NCBI GenBank assembly: GCA_963833985.1
Contig: CAWIAD010000001.1
Coordinates: 1,152,001 to 1,216,000 of the forward strand
Direction of reading: 5' to 3'
DNA from: an uncultured Planctomycetaceae bacterium
GTDB taxonomy: Bacteria; Planctomycetota; Planctomycetia; Isosphaerales; Isosphaeraceae
DNA: 64,000 nucleotides
Shown: positions 21,284 through 33,900 of the stretch, one piece after another
How the letters are laid out: each line of letters opens with the position of its first letter
Position numbering within the stretch: the stretch's first letter is position 1
Notes under the pieces: model-generated
What the model saw: the letters and a program-made list of their open reading frames with translations, nothing else
Told to the model about the DNA's origin: nothing
The model's database searches: none
Translations under genes and position numbers: made by a program

Positions 21284-22432
21284 ATGTCTCCGGACTGGGA
21301 TGCGCTGCGTGCCGCCGAGTTCCCCGTCGCGCTGCGCTGGGCGTATTTCGACCACGCCGCCGTGGCGCCCCTGCCGCACCGCTCCGCGGAGATGCTCCGC
21401 GCCTGGGCGCAGGACCAGGAGCAGAACGGCGTCGTGGACTGGCCGGTCTGGGGAGATCGCCTCGAGGCCGTGCGCGACCGCATCGCCCGCTTGATCGGCG
21501 CCAGCCGCGACGAGATCGCCTTCGTGAGTTCGACGACCCAGGGGATCGGCCTGGTGGCCGAGGGGTTCCCCTGGAACCACGGCGACAGCGTGGTGATTCC
21601 GGCCGAGGAATACCCGTCGAACATCTACCCCTGGATGAACCTTGCCAGCCGGGGAGTCTCGGTGCGTCTGGTCCCCGGCCGGGACGGGCGGATCTGGCCG
21701 GAAGACCTGGCCGCGGCGATGGACCGGACGACGCGAGTGCTGGCGGTCAGCCACGTGGAGTTTTCTTCCGGCTTCCGCAACGACCTCGATGAGCTGGGGG
21801 AAATCTGCCGGGTGCGCGGTGTGGCGCTGTTCGTGGACGCAATTCAGGGGCTAGGCCCGCTCCTTGTGGACGTCGGCCGCACGCCCATCGATTTCCTGGC
21901 CGCCGACGGCCACAAGTGGCTGCTCGGGCCCGAGGGCGCGGGGCTGCTTTACATTCGCGGCCACTGGATCGATCGGCTGCGACCGATCGGAGTCGGCTGG
22001 CACAGCGTCGTCGGGTCGTACAACTCGCCGGAAATCGACTTCCAGTTGAAGCCCAGCGCCCAGAGGTGGGAAGGGGGGTCGTTCAACATGGCCGGCTTGC
22101 AGGCGCTGGGGGCGAGCCTCAGCCTGTTCGAGGAGATCGGCGTCCCGGCGGTCTCGGCGCGGATCCTCGAGCGTGCCGAGGCGGTCCGCGAGCTGGCGGC
22201 CCGTGCCGGGTGGCGGCTCTTCGGCTCCAGCCGGCCTGCCGATCACGCGGGCATCGTCGCCCTCGAGCATGACGATCTGCCCGCCGAGCAGGCCGCTCGC
22301 GCCCTCAAGGAACGCGGGATCGTGGTGGCCGCTCGCCGCGGTAAGCTGCGCATCAGCCCGCACATTTACAACTCGGATGACGATCTTGAGCGTCTCGAAG
22401 CGGCACTGGTAGAGTGTCGCCGTCTTGTCTGA
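21284..22432 (+). CDS. class V aminotransferase / cysteine desulfurase-like PLP enzyme
   Basis: YFDHAAVAP, VDAIQ, DGHKWLLGPEG, RISPHIYN. Confidence 0.92.
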   Translation: MSPDWDALRAAEFPVALRWAYFDHAAVAPLPHRSAEMLRAWAQDQEQNGVVDWPVWGDRLEAVRDRIARLIGASRDEIAFVSSTTQGIGLVAEGFPWNHGDSVVIPAEEYPSNIYPWMNLASRGVSVRLVPGRDGRIWPEDLAAAMDRTTRVLAVSHVEFSSGFRNDLDELGEICRVRGVALFVDAIQGLGPLLVDVGRTPIDFLAADGHKWLLGPEGAGLLYIRGHWIDRLRPIGVGWHSVVGSYNSPEIDFQLKPSAQRWEGGSFNMAGLQALGASLSLFEEIGVPAVSARILERAEAVRELAARAGWRLFGSSRPADHAGIVALEHDDLPAEQAARALKERGIVVAARRGKLRISPHIYNSDDDLERLEAALVECRRLV

Positions 22433-22476
22433 GCCCATCACGGTCGCACTCGGCCGCAGATACGACGAGGTCAGCC

Positions 22477-23013
22477 ATGGTCCAGCGCAGTACCGACCCG
22501 TTCCGCACCGCGGTGTTCGCGGGCACGTTCGACCCGCTCACTCTCGGCCACCTCGACGTGATTCGCCGCGGCCGGGTACTTTTCGACCATCTCGTGGTCG
22601 GCATCGGCGTGAACCCGGGCAAGTCCTCGCTGTTCAGCGTGGACGAGCGGATTGCCCTGGCCACCGCAGTGGTTGAGCCCTTTCGCAACGTCTCGGTCGA
22701 CCGTTTCGACGAGCTGACCGTGCAGTACGTACGGCGGATCGGCGCCCGGGTGATCCTCCGCGGCCTGCGCACACTGACCGACATGGAGTATGAGTTCGGC
22801 ATGACGCTCACGAACCACCGGCTCGATCCTGAGATCGAGACGGTCTTCCTCATGGCCGACGGCGAGTACTCGCACATCTCCAGCTCGCTGATCAAGCAGG
22901 TGGCCCGGTTCGGCGGTGCCGATGCGCTCCAGCGGTTCGTGCCGGAGGCGCTGATCGAGCCGATCCTGAACAAGATGAACACGCCCGATGCAGCCGAGCT
23001 GGCCCGCTGGTAG
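22477..23013 (+). CDS. coaD: phosphopantetheine adenylyltransferase
   Basis: AVFAGTFDPLTLGHLDVI, RGLR, ISSSLIK. Confidence 0.97.
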   Translation: MVQRSTDPFRTAVFAGTFDPLTLGHLDVIRRGRVLFDHLVVGIGVNPGKSSLFSVDERIALATAVVEPFRNVSVDRFDELTVQYVRRIGARVILRGLRTLTDMEYEFGMTLTNHRLDPEIETVFLMADGEYSHISSSLIKQVARFGGADALQRFVPEALIEPILNKMNTPDAAELARW

Positions 23014-23052
23014 GCCGCTGCCGCGGCGTCGCAGGCAAGCCGCACCGGCTGG

Positions 23053-23784
23053 TCAGGCGGGCTCGTTCCCGCCCCAGCCCTTGGGAATGAAGAGGTCCCG
23101 TGACCACTGGCGCAGACCGAGGCCGCGCGAACGGACCGCGTCGTGGAGGCACTTCAGCGCCTTCCAGGAACGGTCGAAGCTGGAATAGCTGAGCCATCCG
23201 GCGAACTCGTCGTCGTCGGAGTGCGAGCGTGAGGTGATGACGCGGCTGGAAACGACCATGTGGTCGAAGACGTCGTTGAGATCGGCGACGATGGCAGCCG
23301 CCTCCTTGACGCCCGCGGCTCCGAGGGCGCGGCCGAGGGCCGGGTCCGGCCAGCTCAGGTTCAGGCTACAGCTCAGGAACCGATCCTCATCGGGTTGCTT
23401 CCGGCTCAGCCAGAGATAGGCGGCTTCATCCCAGAGGTAGCGGACGCAGAGGTGTTCGACCCCGATGATACGGTGTGCGGGGAGGTCCTGGTCGTGGATA
23501 CCTCCGCGGACGGTCTCGGCGCTGGGCTCATGCGGCCGGCCGGTGCCGGCAGGCGGGGCCGCCTGATTGCGGGGCGGCTCGGCCCGGGTGGCGCGGAGCA
23601 CGCGGGCCGTGCTGAGCATCTCGTAAGACTGGACCAGTACGCGGAAGGCCCATTCGTCTCCCCCGGCGTCGGGGTGGAAGGTCTTGGCCTTGCGGCGGTA
23701 GGCGTCGCGAATCTGCTCCAGCGTGGCATCGGCCGGCACGCCGAGCACCGCGAGCGGGTCGATCTCGAAGCTGAAGGAAGCCAA
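23053..23784 (-). CDS. J-domain protein
   Basis: DPLAVLGV...AYRRKAKTFHPDAGGD. Confidence 0.85.
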   Translation of the reverse strand: MASFSFEIDPLAVLGVPADATLEQIRDAYRRKAKTFHPDAGGDEWAFRVLVQSYEMLSTARVLRATRAEPPRNQAAPPAGTGRPHEPSAETVRGGIHDQDLPAHRIIGVEHLCVRYLWDEAAYLWLSRKQPDEDRFLSCSLNLSWPDPALGRALGAAGVKEAAAIVADLNDVFDHMVVSSRVITSRSHSDDDEFAGWLSYSSFDRSWKALKCLHDAVRSRGLGLRQWSRDLFIPKGWGGNEPA

Positions 23785-23931
23785 GGAGAAGCCCTCACCC
23801 GTCCTGTTCGTTTGGATCGCGCTGTGTCACTCTACCATGGAACGTGGCGCGGCCCTCGTCAATGGCGTGGCCGTGCCGCCTCGCTCGTGCCGCGCCCGTC
23901 CGCTCTGGCACCGCCTGGCCGTGCGGGCCGG

Positions 23932-24999
23932 TCAGGAGTCTCCCGCGGTCATCCGGCCGTTTCCAAGTCGGCTACGCAAATACGTGGCACGGGCGACGTT
24001 GCGCTCTTCAACCCCGAGCTCCGAGCCGCGCAGCTTCTGGAGGAAGGCGGGCTGGGTCTGAATGAACAGTTCGTTCACCGTGGCGATGGAGAGATCGTCG
24101 ATGAGGCCGAGGTTGATGCCCATGCGCACGCTCGAGAGCAGCAGCATGGTCTCCTCGCTGGAAATCGTCTGGGCGGTCTTGAGCACGCCGTAGGCGCGGC
24201 TGACCTGGTCGTGCAGGTGCTGCCGGCGCTCGGTGACCAGCGTTTGCCGGGCCTGCCGCTCGTAGAGCAGCACCTGGGGAACCACGTCGTTGAGAATGCG
24301 GATCAGCTCCTGCTCGCTCTTGCCCAGGGTTTGCTGATTGGAGATCTGGTAGAAGTCACCGAAGGCCTGGCTCCCCTCGCCGTAGAGCCCGCGTACCGCC
24401 AGGTTGATCTTCTGGAGGGCGCGGAAGACCTTGTCGATCTGCTTGGTCTGCACCAGACCCGGCAGATGGAGCATGACGCCCACGCGGATCCCGGTGCCCA
24501 CGTTGGTCGGGCAGGCGGTCAGGTATCCGAGCGCGGGGTTGAACGCGAAGGCGAGGTTCTCCTCGAGCTGGTCGTCCAGCGAGTTGATCTCATCCCAGAC
24601 CTCGTGGAGCCGGAACCCGGAGAGCATGTACTGGATGCGCAGGTGGTCTTCCTCGTTGACCATGATGGCGACGTTTTCCTGCGAGCTGATGGCCACGCCG
24701 CGCGGCCCCTCGTTGCTGGAGAGCTCGCGGGAGATGATCTGCCGCTCCACCAGGAACTGCCGGTCCAGCGGGGACAGGCCGTTCACGTCCAGGTAGTCCA
24801 GCTCGAGCTTGGCCGAGGTGATGGCCGAGCGGAAGTGCGATTCGATCTCCACTTTTTCCGACCGGCTGCCGCGGTTGGTGAACGGGAAGTCGGCGAGGTT
24901 CCGCGCCAGCCGGATCCGCGAGCACATCACGATATCGCTTTCCGGTCCCGTGCCGCGGAGCCATTCGCCCGAGGTTCTCGTCAGGTCGTCCAGAGTCAT
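23932..24999 (-). CDS. mcsB: protein arginine kinase
   Basis: SRIRLARNL, MVNEEDHLRIQ, GYLTACPTNVGTG, QISNQ. Confidence 0.95.
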   Translation of the reverse strand: MTLDDLTRTSGEWLRGTGPESDIVMCSRIRLARNLADFPFTNRGSRSEKVEIESHFRSAITSAKLELDYLDVNGLSPLDRQFLVERQIISRELSSNEGPRGVAISSQENVAIMVNEEDHLRIQYMLSGFRLHEVWDEINSLDDQLEENLAFAFNPALGYLTACPTNVGTGIRVGVMLHLPGLVQTKQIDKVFRALQKINLAVRGLYGEGSQAFGDFYQISNQQTLGKSEQELIRILNDVVPQVLLYERQARQTLVTERRQHLHDQVSRAYGVLKTAQTISSEETMLLLSSVRMGINLGLIDDLSIATVNELFIQTQPAFLQKLRGSELGVEERNVARATYLRSRLGNGRMTAGDS

Positions 25000-25481
25000 G
25001 CGTGGGTGTCCTTGAGGCGAAGCTGGTCCCGCAGCCGCGCGGCTTCTTCGTAATCCTCGCGGGCGATGGCTTCGCGAAGCTGGGACCTGAGTCGGAGCCG
25101 CTCGATCGCGCCGGGGCGCTTGCGGGCCCCTTTGCCGACATGCCGGGTGGCGCCGTGCACCCGCTGAAGGAGCGGCAGCAGCCCGCGGCCGAAGATCTGG
25201 TAGTCCTGCGGGCAGCCCAGCCGGCCCTGCGCCCGGAACTCCATGTACTTCAGTCCGCAGACCGGGCAGGAGAGCTCCGCGAGCTCGCCCACCAGCTCGC
25301 CGACGTTGGCGAGAATGAGGTTTTGCACGACCGCGTCCAGCGCCAGGTTCGGTGGCGCATCGGGGAACGCCAGGCCCGCCTTCTTGGCACAGGAAAGACA
25401 GAGGTAAAGCTCCTGGCGCTTGCCCCCTTTTCTCTCCGTCAGGTGGACCGACGCTTCGTTCTTGCACCGCTGGCAAATCAT
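24996..25481 (-). CDS. mcsA: McsA-like protein (CxxC + UVR domain)
   Basis: MICQRC, CLSC, CPVCG, GRLGCPQDY, EDYEEAARLRD. Confidence 0.9.
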   Translation of the reverse strand: MICQRCKNEASVHLTERKGGKRQELYLCLSCAKKAGLAFPDAPPNLALDAVVQNLILANVGELVGELAELSCPVCGLKYMEFRAQGRLGCPQDYQIFGRGLLPLLQRVHGATRHVGKGARKRPGAIERLRLRSQLREAIAREDYEEAARLRDQLRLKDTHA

Positions 25482-25539
25482 GAGCGCGCGACTTTCTGGA
25501 GGAAACCGGCAGACCATGGCAAGCGAAAATATTTTGAAA

Positions 25540-26047
25540 TCAACGGACCTGGTCCTGCTCGATCGACCTGATCTTGTCCCGCAGCCGGGCCGCCGTCTCG
25601 TAGTCCTCGGCGGCCACGGCGCGATTCGAGCTCGTTGCGCAACTGGATGAGGGTGGTCTGCTGCTGGGTATTCCGCGGCGCCCGCCGGGGCACCTTGCCG
25701 GAGTGCCGGGTCTCGCCGTGGATGCTCTCCAGCAGTGGCATGAGCTGGTCGTGGAAGATCTCGTAGTCGAACGGGCAGCCCAGCCTGCCCGAGGTCCGGA
25801 ATTCGAGGAACGTGATCTGGCAGACCGGACACACCTCCTTGTCCGCGGGCGAGGGCTCGCGCAGGGGAGGCTTCTCGATCAGCTTCTTCGCCAGGCCGCC
25901 GATGGACGGGGGATCCAGCGTGTCGTCGGGGGGTGCCAGGTGCTGGCGGGCGTGCTCGTCGCAGAAGTGATATTCCTTGTGCTTACCCTTCTCGATAATG
26001 TCAGTGATGTGAAAGGTTGCAGGTTTCGCACATTTTTGACATTTCAT
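25540..26047 (-). CDS. mcsA: McsA-like protein, second copy (frameshift near 25627)
   Basis: MKCQKC, CPVC, GRLGCPFDY; removing one base restores ELNRAVAAEDYETAARLRDKI. Confidence 0.85.
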
Positions 26048-26169
26048 GAAAACACTCCGCCCGCCCCGTGCGATACCCGCAGAAAAAAAAGCTCACCCCA
26101 GCACGATCCGCCGAACCCGTTCGAGACCACGATCGAGTGCCGGGTGCCGGGAAGCAAGTCGATAATTCA

Positions 26170-26197
26170 ATTGTAATTACCCCCCCCGGGGTGTCAA
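26170..26197 (-). promoter_or_regulatory. sigma70-type promoter for mcsA-mcsA-mcsB
   Basis: Minus strand TTGACA-N16-TACAAT, about 120 nt upstream of the mcsA start. Confidence 0.65.
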
Positions 26198-26290
26198 GAA
26201 ACGCGAGTCGTCGCCTTGCCCGCCCGGAGCCGGGCTGGTAATGTCCTGGATGTTGCATTCTGGCCGCCCGAGACGACGGTGACCGCCCCG

Positions 26291-27790
<1,500 letters not shown>

Positions 27791-27819
27791 ACGCCCGCCC
27801 GGCAGCTCTCCGGCCCGGG

Positions 27820-30100
27820 TCACCGCTGGTTCCGTTCCTCCTGGGCAAGCGCCGGCGCGATCGTCACGGACCCGTGAATGTCGACGGGGTTGGGCCCGGC
27901 ATGGATCGAGAGCTGGAACGAGATCGTCCGACCGGGCGGTACGCCGGGTACTGGAGACTTGCTGGAAGCGGTGTTTCCGGGCTCGGAGCGATCCGCGACT
28001 GAGACCTGCGCGCCGCAGGCAGTGGTCGGCGGCGGTGAGGCAGCCGGCACTGCCGGAATAGGCGTGGCCGGCTGCCACGTCGTGTCCCCGTGCGGCTCAA
28101 CCACGGTGATCCTCTCATAGTCCAGCAGCGTCCCCCTGGCTTCCTCGAGGGCAACGATCGAGATGTTGTAGGTGGATTTGAACTGTGCCTCCTGGGCCAC
28201 GGCCTGGGCATACTGGGCCACGGCGTCGAGGTGGCGGTCGAGCGTGATCCGCCCGTGATCGTAGGCTCCGCGCTGGGCTTCGACCCCCTGCGCCGCGGCG
28301 TTGCGGAGCCGCTTCGCGACCTGGTACTGCTTGTAATTGGCGTCAAGCTCGAGGAAGAACCGGGCCAACGAGTGTGTCGCCTGGTGGGTGACCTGCGTCA
28401 AGGCCTGTGAATCGAGCACGTTCAGTTGCCGCGGTGCGGGGCTGGTGTTCCGGGTTTTCGACGCCGGGTCAACCGCATCCGGCAGGAAGCTGTGCAGGAC
28501 CGCCTCGGAGATGGCCCCTGTTGTCGAGTTTTCGGCCTCCGTCCTGGTCTGGACGACGTCCGGCTGCTTCTGGAGCATCAATGCGAGACTGCGATCCCAG
28601 TCCGGCTCGAGCTTCTCCTCCGCGGGAACGCTCACCGGCACGATGCGGCGTGTGTCGGCAGTTGGCAGCTTCATGACATCTCGAAGTCGCCGCTCCACGG
28701 TCAGCACATCGGACACTTTCATGACCAGATCGAGACGGAACTGCTCCAGCCGCTGGCTGGCCTCCGCAACTTCGGCGACGGTTCCACGCTGGGCGGTGAG
28801 TTTCTGTTGCTCGGGCTTGAGGACGTCTTCTGTGAGCCGGACGGCCTGCTCGGCGGCCCAGAGAGCGACGAGCTGCTGGCACAGCATCCAGTATTGCTGC
28901 TCGATGGAGCGCACCAGCGCCATGACCTCGGACCGGAACCTCTGGGTGCTGGCCTTGCCGTCCGCGGGCTGAACGGTGCAATCCGCCGCGCGGGGCCTGG
29001 CCGGAGAGTCTTGCTCGCGTGTCGGCTCCGGCGAATCGGGTGCCTGCCCGCCGGTGCCGCTCACGTGGATTGTGTGTGAGTTCTCCAGCCCAATGCGAAT
29101 CGCCTCACGCAGCGAGAGCGGCCAGGCGTTCGCGCCGAATTTCTCCGGCTCGTGAAAGGGCGCAGGCGGCGCGGCCGCTGATCGGACCGGCCCATCGTGA
29201 GCCGCCGTGCCCGGCCTTTTCGGGTCCCCGGCCGCAACCCACGCGGCCGTGCCCAGGCCCGTCGCGAGCACGAGGACGGCGCACACCAGGGCTGCCGCGG
29301 TTTTCAGCTTGCTCAGAATCATCACCTGGAACACTCCTTTGACGAGGGCACGGACCGGCGCCGGGAACGACCCGGCCACGAGACCATCCTCAAGCGCACG
29401 GGTCGCCTGCGCAATCTCCAGCGCGTGACCGACGTTCCCCGTGACCTCACCCGCGAGGGTCACGCCGGACAGGCCCGGTGGCGCCAGGCCGGCACGGACG
29501 AGACGCCGGCGCAGCCGCTCACGGCCGCGGGCGCGCCAGCATTTGACGGTTCCCACCGGCCGGCCGATCCGCCGCGCCACCTCCTCACAGGTCAGTCCTT
29601 GAAGATCGCAGAGCACGATCACGGCGCGGTAGCGTTCGGGCAGGCGGTCGATCTCCGCGTGCAGAGTTTGCTCCCATCCTTCATCGGCTGGCGGAGGGAC
29701 CGCCTCGTGGACGTCGGCCCGCTCGGCCGCCCTTTGTTCCGCGCGCCGTCTGCGCACGGAAGCGGCCCGGGCGCACGCGGCAGTGCGGAGGGCCACCTGG
29801 TGCAGCCAGGGCCCCAGGGAATCGCGCACCCAGAGCCCGCGCAACTTGCGGATCAACACCAGGAACGTCGCCTGGAAGGCGTCGAGCGCCTCGTGCGGGT
29901 CCGCGAGCCGTGATCGGCAAACGCGCGAGCACCATCGCACCGTGCCGCTCCACGAGCGCCGCGAAGGCCAGCTCCGCGGCCTCGCGCTCACCGGTGGCAT
30001 ACCGCTCCAGCAACTGGCCGTCGCTGAGATCGCAGACGACCCCGATCTGAAACAAGGTACTGATCTGTCGCCGGACCGTCCTGTCCACCGTCGTCGCCAC
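27820..30100 (-). CDS. ECF sigma factor with TM helix and TolC/OEP-like C-terminal extension (frameshift near 29925)
   Basis: SDGQLLERY...AFAALVERHG | DAFQATFLVL...LGPWL...IDRLPERYR...GTVK; then a TM segment and WPLSLREAIRIGLENS helical domain. Confidence 0.8.
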
Positions 30101-30798
30101 GGGTGCAGTCCTCAGCCCCGAGAAGGTCGATTCAACGTGAGTAATGTTCCCACGACGAGTGCAGGTTGCAAGTTTTCTCGGAAAAGACCCGGGCGACGCC
30201 TGCGTGATCAGCGGCAAGTCTACAGTCCGGAAGGAAATACGTCGATCCGGCTGACAACGATTCCTGGCTGGCGATCTGGTTACTTTTTTCACCCATCCCG
30301 GAGCCGGGCGCGGATCGCCGGCTGGCTCCGGTCGCGCAGGAGTCGGGGAGGATCATCTCCGGAGGCCGGAGGCCACCTCACATCGGGGCGTCGTATCGTA
30401 TCCGGCCGAGCGCGCCATGCCGAGGCAGCTCGGACATGCCTGTAGATCTCGGCACGGCCCAGTCCGGCGGAGGGGAGGATGTAGTCTCGGTAAGTCCAGG
30501 ATGCCGCTTTCGCGCAGGAAGACGCAGGAGGCGGAATGACCAGGGGCATATGACAGGTTTCCTCGCCGAGCGATGCTTCGGTCGGCCAGCCTTCCCGGTG
30601 CTCAATGGCTTTCATGGATTCTTAACGCTATGCCGAATTCGCGAACTTGACGTTCCCGGATTGCATTGTTGGAACTGACCCGGGATGTGACAATTGGAGC
30701 ACGGGCATGGCCAATCGCGCGACCGCTTCCCGCGATCGGATTCCGCCATCGCTGTTGAAGGAGCCCGCGCCGGCGCGGCCGAACCGCCAGCGACGCCG

Positions 30799-30912
30799 GC
30801 GGCTAAATAGCTCCCCGTAAGAGGGAAAGTGTGGAACGGTCGCCCTCGGCCGTCCTAAGCCAGCCGAGGGCGGCTGGCCCACATTCCAAGAGGCGAGGAT
30901 CCATTTAGCCGC
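30799..30912. repeat. REP-doublet/MITE-like element, copy 1
   Basis: 10-bp terminal inverted repeat GCGGCTAAAT/ATTTAGCCGC; two internal inverted GCCCTCGGC-containing stem-loops; related copy at 47187-47263. Confidence 0.75.
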
Positions 30913-30933
30913 GTCAAGCCGGGAGAACAATCC

Positions 30934-33900
30934 ATGGGCGTTCCGGAACCCACCGACGGCCCGACCATGCCGGGCGCTCGGACGACCACGACCGCCGGAA
31001 GCGATGGCTCGTCGCGCACCGCAGGTCCTGGCCCGCCCGGGCTCGTACGGACTGAGCGCCGGGAGATGTCGGAGGGGGCTCCCCAGGCGCCCCCCTCGGG
31101 AGCGCCGACGATCGACCTGTCCGATCCCGCCGCTACGACGGTACGAAGCGGCTCACCGGCCGTGGCGGGGCCGCCCGCCCCGCGGGGGGCTGAGCTCGGT
31201 CCAGCACTCGAAGGAACTCTCACGGTCGCCAGGCCGGGTGAACCCCGGGAAGTACTGACCGTCGCGAAACCGGCCGGTGGACCGCCGCCGGCTGCCCGGG
31301 ACAGACCTCTGCCGACGATCGAAGGCTACCAGATCCTGGGCGAGCTCGGGCGCGGGGGCATGGGCGTGGTCTACCTCGCCCAACAGGTCCAACTGAACCG
31401 CCCGTGTGCCCTGAAGATGATCCTGGCCGGGGCCCATGCCGGCGACCTCGCCACCTCCCGCTTCCTGGCCGAGGCGCAGGCCGTCGCCCGCTTGCAGCAC
31501 CCCAACATCGTGCAGATCCACCACATCAGCGAGGCCGACGGGCTCCCCTACTTCGAGCTGGAGTACGTCGAGGGGGGCAGCCTGCGGAAGCAGCTTGACG
31601 GCACTCCCTGGCCGGCCCTGCGGGCGGCGGGGCTCGTCGAAGTCCTGGCGCGGGGCGTCGCCGAGGCGCACCGGATCGGCATCGTCCACCGCGATTTGAA
31701 GCCGGACAACGTCCTGCTGGCGGCCGATGGCACGCCCAAGATCACTGACTTCGGCCTGGCCAAGTCGCTGGAGGGCGACAGCGGCCTGACGGCGACCGAC
31801 TCGATCATGGGCTCGCCCAGCTACATGGCGCCCGAACAGGCCGAGGGGAAGGCCAAGCAGGTCGGGCCGAGCGCCGACATCTATGCCCTGGGGGCAATCC
31901 TGTACGAGCTCCTGACCGGCCGGCCGCCGTTTCGGGCCGCGACGGTCCTGGAGACGTTGGAGCAGGTCAGGGCGACCGAGCCGGTGCCGCCGTCGCGGCT
32001 GGTGCCCGGCCTGTCGCGGGACATCGACACGATCGCGCTGAAGTGCCTTCAGAAGGAACCCGAAAGGCGCTATGATTCGGCGGCCGCGCTCGCCGACGAC
32101 CTTCTCCGCTGCCTCAACGGCGAGCCGATCCACGCCCGGCCGGTGGGCGACCTGGAGCGCCTGGTCCGGTGGGCCCGCCGCCATCCGTTGCCGGCCGGCC
32201 TGACTGCCCTTGCCGTGCTGTCCCTGGCGGCCGGGACCGTCGTATCGACCTACTTCAAGATCCAGGCCGACGCGCGTGCTACCGACGCCCATAACGCGGC
32301 CGTGCAGGCGAAGGCCAGCGCCATCGAGGCCGATCGCCGCCGGGGCGAGGCCGAGGCCGCCGGGGCAGAAGCACGCGACCGGCTCAGCCGCCTGAACATC
32401 GCCACCGGCACTCGGTACCTCGACGCGGGCGATGCCGACAGCGCCCTGCTCTGGTACGCCCGGGCCTGGAGCACGGACAAAGACCCGGCGGCCGAGGAGA
32501 GCCATCGACTGCGGGTGGGCGCGGCGCTGGCGGCGCGGCCGGAGCTCGTTGGCCTTGGAGTCCACAACGGCCTGGTCTCCGACGCCGTCTTCAGTCCTGA
32601 CGGCACCCGCATCCTGACCCGACTGGAGGGGCCGGAAGCGTACATCTGGGACTACGAGCGAGGGCGCCTGGCGGTGCCGCCTCTGCGGCATGACGCCAAG
32701 GTCTGGCACGCCGCCTGGAGCCACGACGGCACCGTCGTGGCGACCGCGTCGGACGACGGCACCGCCCGGATCTGGAGCGCCCGCGACGGTCACCGTATCC
32801 GGAACCTGTGCCATCCCGGCCCTGTCCGCTGGCTCGCGTTCGCACCGGGCTCTGCCCGGCTGGCAACCGCGTGCACCGACGGCAAGGTGCGGACCTGGGA
32901 CACGGTGGCCGGCACTGAGGCCGGACCGCCGCTGGAACTGACGCAGGCGGTCCAGTACGTCGCCTACAGCGGCGACGGGACGAAGCTCCTCACGGCCGAT
33001 CAATCGGGCTCCGCCCGCGTCTGGGACGCCGGCACTCGCAAGCCGCTGACACCGTCCCTGCCGCACGCCGCCCAGGACGCGATCGACCTCGAGTACGGAT
33101 ACCGCCGCTACCCCGCGTTCAGCCCGGACGGTACGCGCGTCCTCACCGCCGAGAAAGCCGTGCACGTCTGGGACGCGGCCACCGGAGAGCGCCGGCTGGG
33201 CCCTCACGCCGTGAAGAACCGCGTCACGTCGCTGGGCTGGAGCCCCGACGGGACGCGCATCGTGCTTACCCTGGACCCGGTCTTCTCGGCGACAATCCTC
33301 TCGGCGCACGACGGCTCGGTGGAGGCTGAGTTGCGGCACCCTCGTGCCGTCCAGAACGCCGTCTTCGACCCTCGGGGTGAGCGCCTGCTGAGTTGCAGTT
33401 CCGGCGCGGTCGTCCACCTCTGGGACCTCCGTAGCCGGCTGCCTCTGTGGTCGGGTCAGCGGTGTGCCTCGTGGGGCCGGGCGCTGGCCTTCACGCGGGA
33501 CGGCCGGCGCTGCCTGGCGTCGAGCGAGGACGGGACGGTCCGCGTCTGGTCGCTGGAGCCGACGGGGGGATTCCGGCCTTACGATTTCTCGGATGGCCAG
33601 GCGCACCGGCTGAGAGCCGTCGTGGGCCCGGACGGGAGGCGCCGGGCCTTCGACCCTTCCGGCCGGATCGAGGCGCGGTTCGGGGGTGCCACACCGAAGG
33701 TCGTGGAGATTGCCGGCAGGGACGCGGCCGGGCCGATCCGCCGCTTCGACCACCCCGGCCCGGTCCAGGCCGCCTTCTTCACCGCGGATGGCCGCACGCT
33801 CTTCGCGGTCATGAAGGATCACGGCATCCTCCGGTGGGATGTCGCGCGGGGCGAGGCGTCGGGGCCCCTCTTCCGGCCGGAAGCACTTGAGACCGGCGAC

